A DNA stretch of 62,665 nt, counting the filler, from Chrysochromulina tobinii (Eukaryota), in the NCBI GenBank assembly GCA_001275005.1. It is 7 parts of 7 records of this genome, joined end to end, with 100 filler letters (N's around TTAATTAATTAA, not from the genome) between each part and the next. Parts side by side here need not be neighbours in the genome. Positions count along the whole stretch, not along the records: positions 30,539 to 43,813 come from JWZX01001098.1; positions 43,914 to 59,326 come from JWZX01001099.1; 5 more parts are not named here. One strand, written 5' to 3'. Below are positions 43,174 to 53,742 of the stretch, one piece after another. The position numbers and the translations under genes were made by a program. Position 1 is the stretch's first letter. Each line of letters opens with the position of its first letter. The notes beneath the pieces were generated by a model. That model ran no database searches and had not been told where the DNA came from. It saw nothing but the letters and a program-made list of their open reading frames with translations.

Positions 43174-43813
43174 TCAATGCGATGCTCGTGTACGAGCCAG
43201 CTGCACACGCTGCCGTCTCATACGTCGAAGCCGGCTGCCTCGGGCGAACAAAGGACTGCTACTGTTCGCAAGCAGCACGTCGAGGTCGCCGTCCAAGTCC
43301 GCCACCGCGATCGAACCCGTGATCACGCTGCCGCGGGGCAGTATGGTGCTCGTCGGGAAGGTGCCGTCGCCCGCGTTGAGCAACTCTCGGCTGGGACTGC
43401 CATCGTTCCCAAGCAGCACGTCGAGGTTGTCGTCGCCGTCGACGTCCGCCGCCGCGATCGAACCACGCATGGCGCAAGGGCGGTGGCGGTGGGGGATGCG
43501 GCGGTGGTGATGGTGGAGGCGACGGTGGCGGTACAGCGGGTGGCGGTGAGGGTGGCGGAGGCGTGGGCGGCGGTGAGGGCGGGAGAGGTGGCGGCAGTGG
43601 TGGTGGTGTCGAGGGCGGCGGCGGCGACGACGACGGCGGCATCAGTAGAGTCGGCGCTGGCGGCGGGGTTGGCGGCGGGAGCGATTGCGGCGTGCTAGGT
43701 GGAGGTGGCAGAGTTGGAGGCGAAGGAGGGGGCGGAGATGGAGGGGGCGATGGCGGAGATAGATATGGCGGCGGCGAGGGCGGCGGTGGCGACGTTGGCG
43801 GTGAGGGAGGAGG
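43174..43813 (-). pseudogene. FG-GAP/VCBS repeat protein fragment with Pro-rich linker (frameshifted, truncated)
   Basis: AADVDGDDNLDVLLGN..LLNAGDGTF and ADLDGDLDVLLAN, out of frame with the upstream PPSPPP tract. Confidence 0.7.
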
Positions 43814-43913
43814 NNNNNNNNNNNNNNNNNNNNNNNNNNNNNNNNNNNNNNNNNNNNTTAATTAATTAANNNNNNNNNNNNNNNNNNNNNNNNNNNNNNN
43901 NNNNNNNNNNNNN
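43814..43913. other. Artificial contig linker
   Basis: N44-TTAATTAATTAA-N44. Confidence 0.99.
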
Positions 43914-44128
43914 ATCGTAAAGAAGGATACATATCCCTAGGTAAGATACATTTTCTTTGATGGCCAAAGTGACAGATACAAATGTATCTTGTTGTATCTT
44001 GATGTATCTTGATGTATCTTGATGAATACATGCAAGATACATGCAGGATACATGCAGGATACATCAGGATACGTATTGTATAGGAAACCCCCCCCAATTT
44101 GTATAGGAAACCCCCCGTCACCCACCCG
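43914..44128. mobile_element. AT-rich foldback/MITE-like terminus built from GATACA/TGTATC units
   Basis: Direct and inverted GATACAT arrays plus TTGTATAGGAAACCCCCC x2; sharp compositional break from the host DNA. Confidence 0.55.
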
Positions 44129-46158
44129 TCAACAGGCGACCACAAAGTTAGTAAACATTCGCAGATACAAGTACATAAGACTGTCGTACTTGTATCAGAG
44201 AGATATTGATTGGTCAAGGACGGTTGAAGGGGGGCCACTTGTCACAGCATGAACGCACACGGAAATTTGGAGCTCAGATCGCGCACAGATCGCGCAAACA
44301 GAATCTCAGATCGCACTTCAAGTCTTCAACACCGAACAGAATGAATCACCTCAAAAAGCTCAATGCATCAACTCAACACGTTCGGAAGCTCCGTCGGTCG
44401 GTTTTTGGCTCGATCTAGTTTTTCGGAAATATGGGCCCAGGGGGCGAGGGCTGGGGACCCGCTTTTCTTTTCGTCTCTCATATACAAAAACTTGCACCCG
44501 GACCCGCGGTCCGCGGACGCCACCTACGGACGCCTCCCACGCAGCCGGGCGGGTCGGCGGCGGGCGCAGGCCTGCGGCGCACGCCGCAGCCGGGCCGGCA
44601 TCGGTGCGAGGCAGCAGCCTCTGTGGGTTACGCACACGCACCAGGCGGGGAGGCGACGATGGCGGGGCGCGGCGCGTGGAGACTAGATGGCGGGGCGCGG
44701 CGCGTGGAGACAATCGCGCCATCGTCGCCTCCCCCGGTTGTGCTCGGACGCCGTCCCACATTGCCTTGCAATGCGCCGACGCTTCCTTTTGCTACCGTCC
44801 CCGTCGGGGCGACGTTGGAGACGCCGGCGGCGTCGAACCTGCGTGCACCGACGCGCCCAGTGGCGCGCCTCCCCCGTGGGGAACGCAAAGACGCACTCGA
44901 CACCGTCGCATGACGACGGTGTCGAGCACAAGGGGTGGCTTCCATCGCCGCGGCCGCCGCCGCTGCCTCCTCCGTGGGCGTCACGCCGCAGGCCGAGGCA
45001 CCACATTCGGCGCCGGTTGCGCCGCGCAACGCGCTGCGTCGGTGCCTTCGCCGCCGCACCTGCACAGCACGCGCGCGCGCTCCGCGCCATCGTGCTGCGC
45101 GGGCACGAGCTGGCCCGATTGAGAGTCCGAGCGCAGCTCCTCCGCAGCGCGCGCGCGTCAAGGCGCGCGGCGAAAGGGGCGGGCAGGTCGATGGCAAATG
45201 GAGAGATGGTTGGTGAGCAGCGCCGTCCGCCGACGCGCCTAGAGCCGGCCGCAGCGGGACGCGGAGGTGCGCGCATCGCGCGGAGCGCAAAAAAAAGACT
45301 TTCACTTTCTACACAGCCAACGGCAGCACAGCGTTGCCACGCCAGCAACGGGCAGCACAGTCAACGGCTGCAGGGGGAGGACAAGAGTCGGCCTTAGCGT
45401 AGCCTCGAGCGTTTGCAGTCGGCCCTCGCGGACCGGCAGCCGAGTGGGGCGGTGCCAAGACAAAAGGGCACCGTCGCATGTCTCTAACCTCCAGACCCAT
45501 TTTCTTTTCGGAGCACGGCGAGACCGTTGCGAGGTGGACGAGAGGACGTGGTGGACCGGTGCGGAGGGACAGGGCTGATGAGTGAGTGATTGACCGGATG
45601 GGATTCGATTGCCTGAGCACAACAGAGAGAAGCCGGGGCCGCACGGGCTGAGAAGAGTATGCGCCATAGCGAGGACGAAGGGGCCACTACTCTCCGGCTG
45701 TAGGCAGCCCGCGCGTCTCCTTTAATGAGCGCGCCGAGGAGACGCCAGTGGAGCCACCCCTTCACATGTCCTATATCTGCTATCGGTTGCTGAAATCTCC
45801 GTGCTGCTACCTCTCTCGGTGGTGCGAAGGCGTGAGTCGATTCCGAGTGTGAGACTGTGTGAGTGGATGCCGCTGAGTGTTGAGCATGCGTTAGACGGTG
45901 TGAACGAGGAGGAGGCAATCTGTGGCGGTCTAATAACAAAGGTAATCCGAAAAAAAGGTAGGACGCAGGACGGACGAATTAAAGGGGGTCCGAGCCAGTA
46001 CCCTGAAAGGCTGCTGCGCTCGCCTTTTTCAGGGTCCCCAGGATTAAAGTCCCCTGCTTGCTTGCCTGGGCCCATCTTTGGATTTCCGCGCAATTCCGCT
46101 CCGTTCTTCATGTACACGCGGCAATTCTGTGGCTGAACGCGAGAGCCCGCGCGGACTC

Positions 46159-46923
46159 ATGATCTCGGCCAGCGGCGCTTCGACGCCCGCCGACGGTGGC
46201 AACGAGGCGCTCTACCAGCTGCGCGCGGCCTTGGACGCTCGAGAGCGGAGGCTCGAGGCATTGCAAAGCATCCTCGATAAAAAATCCGAGGAGGCCGCGG
46301 CGGTGCACGCCTCATATTCGATGATGTACGACGAGTTGCAAATGTGCGCCTCGCGAATTACGCACCGTCCGTCGTCTGTTCGCCATGCTGCCTGCAGGGC
46401 GCGTGTGTGAGTGCTTGTTGCTCACACCTTCGTTCGCCGATCTCGCAGGCTCAGGGAGCTCGTCGGCAGCCAGCTTGGTATCGCACTTGGGCCGCCGCCG
46501 TCGGAGAGTGGCGAGGCGGGCGCAGGCTCAGCAGACGGGTTGGCAGCCGCACCAGCAGGTGCAGCCCCAGCAGCAGCAGCACCGGCGGCGCCCACACCCC
46601 GGAGGCATCCCGTGCTGTTCGCCGCAGGCCCCGCAGAGAGACCCGATGAGATACCGTCGGCCGCGGCGCCCTCCTCGGCAAGTGAGGCGCTCCTACCGGC
46701 GCACGAGCGGCTGACCCGAAAGCTGGCAAGCGACCTCGCGAAGGGCCGCGAGACGGTTGCCCAGACGCTCTCAGGCGTGAACGCGTGGAGCCAAGAGGCT
46801 CTCGCGAAGCTGCCGCCCCTACCCGCACTGCCAGCACTGCCCGCACTGCCTGCGCTGGGCCGACAGGAGCCGGATGTAGCGCGACCGGGCAGCATCCCCT
46901 GGATGAAGCCCCCCCTGCCGTGA
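46159..46923 (+). CDS. Small hypothetical coiled-coil protein; intron 46344-46448
   Basis: A GT..AG intron joins YDELQM to LRELVGSQ in frame. Confidence 0.7.
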
Positions 46924-47088
46924 GCAGGAACCGCGAACTGCGCCAGAGACATGCCTGTGTTGTGTGTAAACGTATCTAGATTTTAGCGTAGATTACGGAT
47001 AGTGTTGGTATCACACGAGCCTGCGGGCCTGTGCTCCATAGGGAGACCCAGTCACTGCTCCACTTTAACAGTCCTGAATGGTGTGAAA

Positions 47089-49426
47089 ATGCTCGCCTTC
47101 ATCCTCGCCGCGCTCGCCGCGCTCGCCGTCTTCCAGAACTCTCTGGACGGCGGCTTCGTCATCGACGACGGCTCCGCAATTCGCACCAACGCCGATCTAC
47201 GTCCCGAGACTCCCGTCTCGGCGCTCTTCTGGCACGATTTCTGGGGCCGTCCCATCGATGCGGTCACGAGCGTGAAGAGCTACCGCCCGCTGACGGTGCT
47301 CACGTTTCGAGCCAACTTTGCGATGCACGGGCTCGACGTCAAGGGCTACCACATCGTCAACGTTGTGCTGCATGCAGCGTGCACCGTCATTGTTGGTGTG
47401 GCTGCTCGGCACATTGTACGTGCGGATCGCACCGCCGCCGCAATCGCGGCGTTCGCATTCGCAGTGCATCCGGTGCACTGCGAGGCCGTCGCGAGCATGG
47501 TCGGCCGTGCTGAGCTGCTCTGCTGCCTCTTCTTCTTCGCGAGCCTGCTCTGTCACGAGGAGGCCCGTCGACCGTCGCAGCCGTTGGCAAGAAGCCTCGT
47601 CCTCTTTCTCAGCTCCTGCACGCTCGCCGTGCTCGCGACAGGCTCGAAGGAGACGGGCATCACGGCACTTGCCGTGGCCGTGGCGCTCGACGCGCTCGAC
47701 GCGCTGCGGCCGGCGACGCCGTGGCGCTCGCGCGCCAGCTGCCTCGTGCGCAGCGCCGCAGCCGTGTGCCTCACACTCATTCTACTGGTCGGTTCTCAAC
47801 GGCTGCGAGGCAGGGATCTGAGCCCGCACTTTTCGTTTGTGGACAATCCGCTGCCCTCGCTGCCCGACATGGCATCGCGCTTGATGAGTGCAGCGCATGT
47901 GCACGTGCGCTATGCACGCCTTCTCCTCTGGCCCGCCACCCTCTCCGCGGACTACTCGTTCAACTGCGTGCCCGCTGTGAAAGAGCTCCGAGACGGGCGC
48001 AACCTCGCGGCGTTGGCCTTGTATGGGGGGCTCGTCTGGGGCGGGCTAGCGGCGCTCCGGGCGCAGCGTGGCGTCTCGGCCGCGTCGCACGCTGCCCACG
48101 ACGACGCTGCCCACGACGACGCTGCCCACGACGACGCTGCCCACGACGACGCTTCTTCAAAGCCGGCAGCAGAGGACGCCACAGGCGGCGGCAAGCGCAG
48201 AGGCGGCGGCGGCGCTGTCGTGGGCGGCGAGGCCAACGGCAGCAGCAGCGCCCCCGCCGCCGAAGGCGCTGTCGTGGGCGGCGAGGCGCCTGCAGTATCG
48301 GTACGCGCCGTCCTGGGCGAGCCATCGGTACGCGCCGTCCTGGGCGAGCCATCGGTGCGTGTGAGCGTAGGGCGTGCACTGCTCCTGCTCGTGCTCCCGA
48401 TGCTCCCCGCCAGCCACCTCTTCATCCCGATCGGCACCCTGGTCGCCGAGCGCCTCTTGTACACCCCGTCAGGAGGCTTCTGTGCACTGGTGGGCCTCGT
48501 CGCGAGCGAAGCGCTGCGTGCGGCGTCTCGGCCTCCTGATCGAGCTCAACACAACGCTTGGAAGGTCGGCGCTCAGTACGGCGCTCCCCGGCTCGCGCTC
48601 GCGCTGCTGCTCGCGCTGCTGCTTGGCGGCGCCGCTGTGCGTACGTGGGAGCGCAACCGCGCCTGGGCGGACTCAGACTCGATCACGCGCGCCACTGCGA
48701 GTGCATGCCCGGGCTCGGCCAAGGCGCAGCTATCCCTGGGCACGATGCACCTGCAGCATGCGGACTACCCGGCGGCGCGCCGTGCCTTCCGCCGCGCCCT
48801 CTCCGTCCATCCGGAGCACTCGGATGCCGTGTACTGGCTCGGTCGGCTTGCCTTCATGCAAGGGCGTCTCGGGCAAGGGGAGCAGCTGTTGCTCGCGTCT
48901 CTGGAGCTGAACGCGGGACATCCCGAGGCGAACTTGTTCGCCGCCCTGTGCGCCGCCCGGCGCGGCGCGGACGGCGCGGCGCTCGGGCTGCTCGAGCGCG
49001 CGTACTGGCTCGCGCCGCATAATGCGGAGATCGTGCGAGATTACGGTGCCATGCTGCTGCGCGTCGGGCAGCCGAAGCGCGCCGTCCCGGTGCTGCGTGA
49101 CGCTGTCGAGAAGCTAGGCCAACTTCACTCCCTCGGCACCCCCACGGCGCACAGCCGCGGTGCACTCGCGTCGGCGCAGGTCAAGCTCGCAGCCGCGTGG
49201 CTCCTGCATGCAAGTGCTCACTACAACGCCCCTCTCCCCACAGGTCAAGCTCGCCGCCGCACTGCTCCTGCTCAACGAGCACTCCAGCTGCATCGGCGCC
49301 GCGCGGGCCGCTCGTGCGCTTGAGCCCAGCCTCAACGCGGCCGTCGCGCCCGTCGAGCAGCTCTGCGAACGCGCGCGTAAGGAGGGCATGGACACCTCAC
49401 AGGTTCACATCGATTTGGCGCTGTAG
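47089..49426 (+). CDS. TMTC: TMTC-type protein O-mannosyltransferase (DUF1736 + TPR); intron 49180-49243
   Basis: FVIDD..HDFWG..KSYRPLTVLTF, FAVHPVHCEAVASMVGRAELL, KETGIT, DNP, LSADYS, IGTLVAERLLYTPS, C-terminal TPRs; low-complexity insert (AAHDD x4, SVRAVLGEP x2). Confidence 0.95.
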
Positions 49427-49647
49427 TGAGCGCTGTAGGCCGAAGCAGTCAGCGTTCGGTAGTTAGAGCGGCGGCAAGAGCACGTGCACTCGACGGAGGG
49501 TCTCTCAGCCACTCGGGTACAAGCCTCTCGGTACGACAGTGCGATGCGACTAAGGCGACGCGTACCAAACGGTAACCGGCGCCGCCGATGCGAAAAAATT
49601 TTGCCAAACTTAGGCTCGCGTCGGAGCCTAACTCAGGTCTACACGTG

Positions 49648-50976
49648 ATGCCGCCAAGGCGACCTGCGATGTCGCCAGCGCGGCAGCGCATCCCACCGAA
49701 CGAGCTGTTGAGGGGTATGATAGAGCGTGAGCGGGAGCCGTGCTACGTAGCCTGTCGGCTGTGGGGCGTGAACGAGATCGACTTCAAGAAGATGCGGGCG
49801 AAGATGGTGTTTCGCGTCCACCTCATCTTTCGGCCGCGCAAGGAGGCCCTGCAATTCCTGCCAGAACAAGGCAGACGCGTAAACTCGGAAGACGATGCGT
49901 GGAAAGAGCTCGAGCGGCTCGAAGCGCTCCCGAACTTGGGCGTCCTCAACGGCAAGCCGTCTTTTACGAGTAAGCTGGAGTTCTTCCGGGTGTCCGACGC
50001 CAAAAGCGTCTACGACGGCACTGACGAAGTGGAGATCTGGTTCCCGTCTCTGCCATCAAATGATCGCGAGCGCGAGGCAGCCATCGCCGTCCTGACGTAC
50101 CAGATCGAGGCGTCGGACGTGCAGCTCAACTTGAAGTTCAAAGGGTTCCCCTTCGACGCGCACGAGTTGAGTGTCAAGCTCTTCCTTCCCAAGAAGCACA
50201 AGGACAAGATGTACGAGCTCCATTGTGACCCCAACATGCGTGTGAACTCGGAGGGCATCAAAGCCAGGGAGCAAGGCGGCCAAGGCATCCTCGAGCTAAA
50301 GCCGGACGTCAAGGATGGCCTCTTCGAGTGGGATGTCATCCCGGAAAAGACCGAGCTAGTCAGGAATGAGAATGCTACGGGCGATCAGTCGGGTATTACG
50401 ATGCGCATTGGCATCCGTCGCATTCCGCAGCATTACGTGACCAAGTTCCTTTTCCGTCCGGGCGTGATCGCCGCACTCGCGTGCGTGTCGACGTTCATCC
50501 CGTCCGTTGAAATTGGCGATCGGCTCGCGCTCACGTTCACCATCCTTCTCACGCTTACCGGCATCAACTACACGTCCTCTGACTCGCTGCCCGCGCTGCC
50601 CTACTCGACGGCGCTCGACGAGTATCACGAGGCGTGCCACTACTTAGTGTACGGCGTCATCGCGCACAACATATCCTTCTTCCTCTACGCCTCCCGGCGC
50701 TCTAAATTGTGCGCCGCCGAGCCCACCACCAACACCGCTGCGGGCACCGTCGATCCCACGATGGCGGCGTGTGTCGCAAGCGCGGATGCGCCATGCGCCG
50801 CGGCGTCGGAGGCCGCCGACGTCGCCGCGACCGTTGCCTCGAGGTGGTGCCGCATGTGCGGGTACAATATCGTCGTCGACTACTGGATCCTTCTCGACCT
50901 CGACGACTTCGTCATGTCTTTCATCTTTGCCTACTGGATCTACTGGAACTTCAGGTGGTTCGCCATCCACAAGTGA
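49648..50976 (+). CDS. Cys-less pentameric ligand-gated ion channel subunit
   Basis: Pro-loop FKGFPFDAHEL with no flanking Cys; RRIPQHY before M1; M2 DRLALTFTILLTL; LPALPYSTALD; four TM helices. Confidence 0.88.
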   Translation: MPPRRPAMSPARQRIPPNELLRGMIEREREPCYVACRLWGVNEIDFKKMRAKMVFRVHLIFRPRKEALQFLPEQGRRVNSEDDAWKELERLEALPNLGVLNGKPSFTSKLEFFRVSDAKSVYDGTDEVEIWFPSLPSNDREREAAIAVLTYQIEASDVQLNLKFKGFPFDAHELSVKLFLPKKHKDKMYELHCDPNMRVNSEGIKAREQGGQGILELKPDVKDGLFEWDVIPEKTELVRNENATGDQSGITMRIGIRRIPQHYVTKFLFRPGVIAALACVSTFIPSVEIGDRLALTFTILLTLTGINYTSSDSLPALPYSTALDEYHEACHYLVYGVIAHNISFFLYASRRSKLCAAEPTTNTAAGTVDPTMAACVASADAPCAAASEAADVAATVASRWCRMCGYNIVVDYWILLDLDDFVMSFIFAYWIYWNFRWFAIHK

Positions 50977-51348
50977 GCAGGATGGGAGGGCATATGTGTG
51001 TCGTCTCGTGTGTGTCATGGTGTGTGCGGATGTGAAGTCTCTCGAGGTCTCGAGGTATGCACCTATGCCCGGTATAATCCGATTGTCGAAAGCCCATGGA
51101 GCGACTCGGTGAAGGACCTCAAGGCGGGTCCACACAGACACTGTATACAGCGGCACTCTTATGAGTCTTATGAGAGCGCGATGATGATGAATCGAAAGAA
51201 TGCATGCAGAAGTGTTTCAGGCAATGATCCGATGTTTCGGAACTTTTTTTTCTCACAATCTTCGTCCTGGGCTTCGAAGCGGCGCCGAGCGGATCAGCGG
51301 CGCACTCCGGGATACAAACCCAAGAAGGCACCCCAGCCGCCTCCCAAG

Positions 51349-53346
51349 ATGGCATCCAACGATATCATCGTGCTCTCAAACTCCACGCTGGACCGCAGCG
51401 TGCGCGCTCTCGGTGCTCCGAGTTCGCTCGATCCGTTATTCACTCGGCTCGTGTTGGGCCTGCCCATTCTGATGGGCGTAGTTGGTGCCAGCGTTGCGCA
51501 GAATGCTGGCTGCCTCGAGCAGCCTGGGAAGCGCTGCCAGTTTTACAACGGCAAACCGGGAAAAGGACCCAAGGGCTGGGCTATCCGTCTCTTTGAGCAC
51601 ATCAACGCCACCTTCCCGCATGCAGGCCACCGCCTCTACAACGCGGCGCTGGACGCGACCCCTGTCAGCTTGTTCTCGGACTGCTTGTTCTCGCACCTGC
51701 CTTCGGAAGTGCATCTGGTCGTCGCAGAGTGGGGCAGCATGGGACTGCACAACTACAAGCATCTGCCTAGCATCGAACGTGTAGTTCGAATCCTACTCAG
51801 GCTGCCGTCTCAGCCCATGATCGTGCACCTCTCGTCTCCAGAGTGGTGCACTCAGAGGCGCACGCCGCGCGCGTTTTACAGCACGGGTGACAGGCTCATG
51901 GGACACGTGAGTAACTTCATCTATCCTGACACGCCGTGGGCGCGCGTTGAGCTCGAGACGACGCGGGTGTGCCACCACTACGAGCAAGCATGCGTCTCGA
52001 TGAAAGAGGCGCTCGAGCCTCACGTTCTCAACGGCGACACAGGCTTCTCGGTACACGGCCTGTAACGACCTGTTGGAACTGATTGGTACAACTGATTGGT
52101 ATACGGATTGTACGGATTGCCACTCATTGCCGCTCATTGCCGCTCTTTGCCGCTCTTTGCCACTCATTGACACTCATTGACACTCATTGACACTCAGGTG
52201 CGCGACTTGACCGGCGACGACTGCTTGCATCCAATCAACGGCCGACACGGGGTCTCGTACGTGACGCAGGTGGTGACGCACTGGTTTGACCATGCGTATG
52301 AACTGTGGCTAAGAGAAGTCCATAACGGACGGCAGATTGCGCGGCAGATTGCGCGGCAGAGCGCCTCGGAGCCGCTCGATGCAGCTGCTGAACCGGCTCA
52401 TCGACGCATGCATCTGAGGCTGCAGGCCTTAAACAACGCGCGGGAGAGAGCGCTTTCTTGGACGGAAAAGGAGCCGCTCCACCCGTCCGCCAACAAACGC
52501 GACCAGCTACCGACAAGATGCCTCAGGTTCGCTCCGGGGACGATCAATCCCGAGGACGGTAAAAAGTATCGTCGGCTCGAATGGTGCTCGCCCAACACGA
52601 CGCGCAACACTGTGCATGTGGACGCTCCGCAGGCAAACGCTAGCTGCAATCCCAGCTCCACCGTGGAGGAGCGCCGCTCCTGCCCTCCCGAGATCCAGAA
52701 ATCTGTCTCGAGGCAGCCTTCAGGCAGGCGTTTGAACCCAATTCAGAAGGCATCCATCGATGAGGTCTACCGGGCGTTCATGGCCTCGCCCCCCACGTCC
52801 TGGGTTTGGTGCCCAGTCAGCCTGAGCCCCAAGAATCGCAAGCCGTCCGAAGGCGTCGTCGCGCTGCGTCCGGGGGCGGTGCTCGTCACGAGCTTCGACG
52901 CCTATCTCGCCTCCGTGACGTCCGACCAGATCCGCCCAGCCGCCTCCGTAACGGCGGCTGACGTGGCCGCCGACGTGACGGTGCTACTTGAGCATCTGGT
53001 CTCGTACCAGGGCATGGGCCGTGTGCTTGTCGAGTGCCAGGCCGGCTGCACGTGCATGCCGCAGGTCATCGATGGACATTACGTGGACCCGATCCGAAAT
53101 ACGTCCGTCTTTGTTGGGACTTCGTTGGCAGTCTGTGCGGTGGCGTCGCAATTGTGCCAGCTGCAGATCACGGTACTGAACGACTCGTCCTCCGGCTTGC
53201 ACAAGTTCAAGTTGCGAAGTTTGCGTGTGAAAGCCACCGCCGGAAATACAAGTGGAACGCTCGGATCAGCGGCGGCGAGGGCGGTGGCGGCGAGGACGGC
53301 GAGGGTGGCGGCGGCGAAGGTGGTGGCGAGGGTGACGGTGGCGTAG
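51349..53346 (+). CDS. SGNH/GDSL hydrolase-like protein; intron 52051-52197; start uncertain
   Basis: Block I VVGASVA, block II YNAALDAT, VVAEWG; DCLHP (DxxH) lies just after the splice; C-terminal LVSYQGMG..C..GCTC..HKFKL module. Confidence 0.75.
52121..52197 (+). repeat. Intronic 10-bp satellite (CACTCATTGC/A)n running into the acceptor
   Basis: About 7 tandem copies ending CACTCAG. Confidence 0.9.
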
Positions 53347-53742
53347 GCGGCAGTGGCGACTCACAGTGGTGGTAGCGACGCGGGAGGAGGAGAGGGCTAA
53401 GGTGGTTTTAGGTTTTAAGGTGGTTTGGGTGACAGAGGTGGCGATGGATGATGTGGCAGAGAATTCAGATGCCTCGTGCCTCGAAGGGCGGGAGGCGGAC
53501 CTCGGGGACCCTTGTGCACGGCAGGGTCACGTCCGAACACCGCGAGGGCCTGGGTTAACGAGCCGTCTGTAGCCAAATCAATCGAGGACCGCTCACTCGA
53601 GAGGGCACGCAACGCAGAGGCGGCACCTGACTGCAGCACCCGACCGTGCCCACCGTTATTCGTGGCCCCGCGTGCTCCACCTCTGCCCTCTCCACTGTGA
53701 GTACTGCATACGCACTCGCATGCCCCCCGTCACCCGGGCGGT

